Positions 63,688 to 64,000 of a DNA stretch of 64,000 nucleotides are shown one piece after another. Every line of letters starts with the position of its first letter. The stretch's first letter is position 1. This stretch comes from a virus. Below the pieces are notes generated by a model. The model saw only the letters and a list, made by a program, of their open reading frames with translations. It was not told the DNA's origin and did not search any database. A program made the position numbers and the translations under genes. The stretch covers positions 16,100-80,099 of IMG/VR virus record IMGVR_UViG_3300025849_000025. One strand, given 5' to 3'.

Positions 63688-63848
63688 TGTGAAACCTCTG
63701 AAGAATGTGTATCGGGATTAAGGGTTTGGTTTACGTGAGGTCCTACTTTTTTCCAATACAATCTACTAGCATAAGTGACATTCAAGTACCAAGTACCAAA
63801 TGCAAATACAAAAAAGCTTAACAGAGTTATTTTAAGTAATCGTCCCAT
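63684..63848 (-). CDS. 54-aa membrane peptide (not in ORF track)
   Basis: MGRLLKITLLSFFVFAFGTWYLNV...; ATGA overlap with the cyclase start. Confidence 0.45.
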   Translation of the reverse strand: MGRLLKITLLSFFVFAFGTWYLNVTYASRLYWKKVGPHVNQTLNPDTHSSEVSQ

Positions 63849-63988
63849 GATCTAGCATCCGTTTCTGTTGAACTATTCTCTTTGCAATCACACACAGTAC
63901 ACACATCATTAACACAATCACCGCAGTCTGGTCTGTAACAATGACATTTATGACCACATTTTTTACAGGTTCTTGGTGTTCCTTGCAT
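63827..63988 (-). CDS. Metallothionein-like Cys/His-rich peptide, 53 aa (not in ORF track)
   Basis: MQGTPRTCKKCGHKCHCYRPDCGDCVNDVCTVCDCKENSSTETDARSWDDYLK; 9 Cys and 2 His in 28 residues; GGAG RBS. Confidence 0.6.
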   Translation of the reverse strand: MQGTPRTCKKCGHKCHCYRPDCGDCVNDVCTVCDCKENSSTETDARSWDDYLK

Positions 63989-64000
63989 GTATTAACTCCA

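Noticed and set aside
1-64000. Stop-codon reassignment
   Set aside because: Core genes are full length in the standard code, TAG and TGA end conserved genes at expected positions, and no suppressor tRNA is seen

Overview
The window is a 64-kb segment of a T4-like myovirus genome, AT-rich and densely coding. A marine alphaproteobacterial host is likely, but this is inferred. Positions 1-20.6 kb hold the baseplate/tail module (gp8, gp9/10-like, gp7, gp6, gp25, gp5, gp27-like, gp53, gp48, gp4, gp2, gp54, gp26/gp51, tape measure), plus an S8 protease and an M15 peptidase. Positions 20.6-29.4 kb are a hyperplastic region of small genes behind repeated sigma70 promoter cassettes. It contains a late-promoter cluster encoding a RelA/SpoT-type synthetase, an HD hydrolase and a putative RNase, all with T4 capsid-targeting-like N-termini, followed by a tRNA-like RNA. 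Positions 29.5-48.5 kb are the replication core (hsp20, dut, regA, gp62/44/45, dexA, gp43, gp46/47, gp55, uvsW, uvsY, gp3, topoisomerase II). Positions 48.5-64 kb are accessory: four tRNAs, a ~280-nt structured ncRNA candidate, galE, HNH, ATPase-GNAT, hemE-hemF-hemC, Mom-like and N6-adenine methyltransferase genes, iscA, a lipase, a CHASE2 adenylate cyclase and a metallothionein-like peptide. The top leads are the virion-targeted alarmone synthetase/hydrolase/RNase module, the heme-pathway cluster, the structured RNA, a probable -1 frameshift fusing gp26 to gp51, and GANTC-bearing early promoters. All calls come from reading motifs by eye; no database searches were run.
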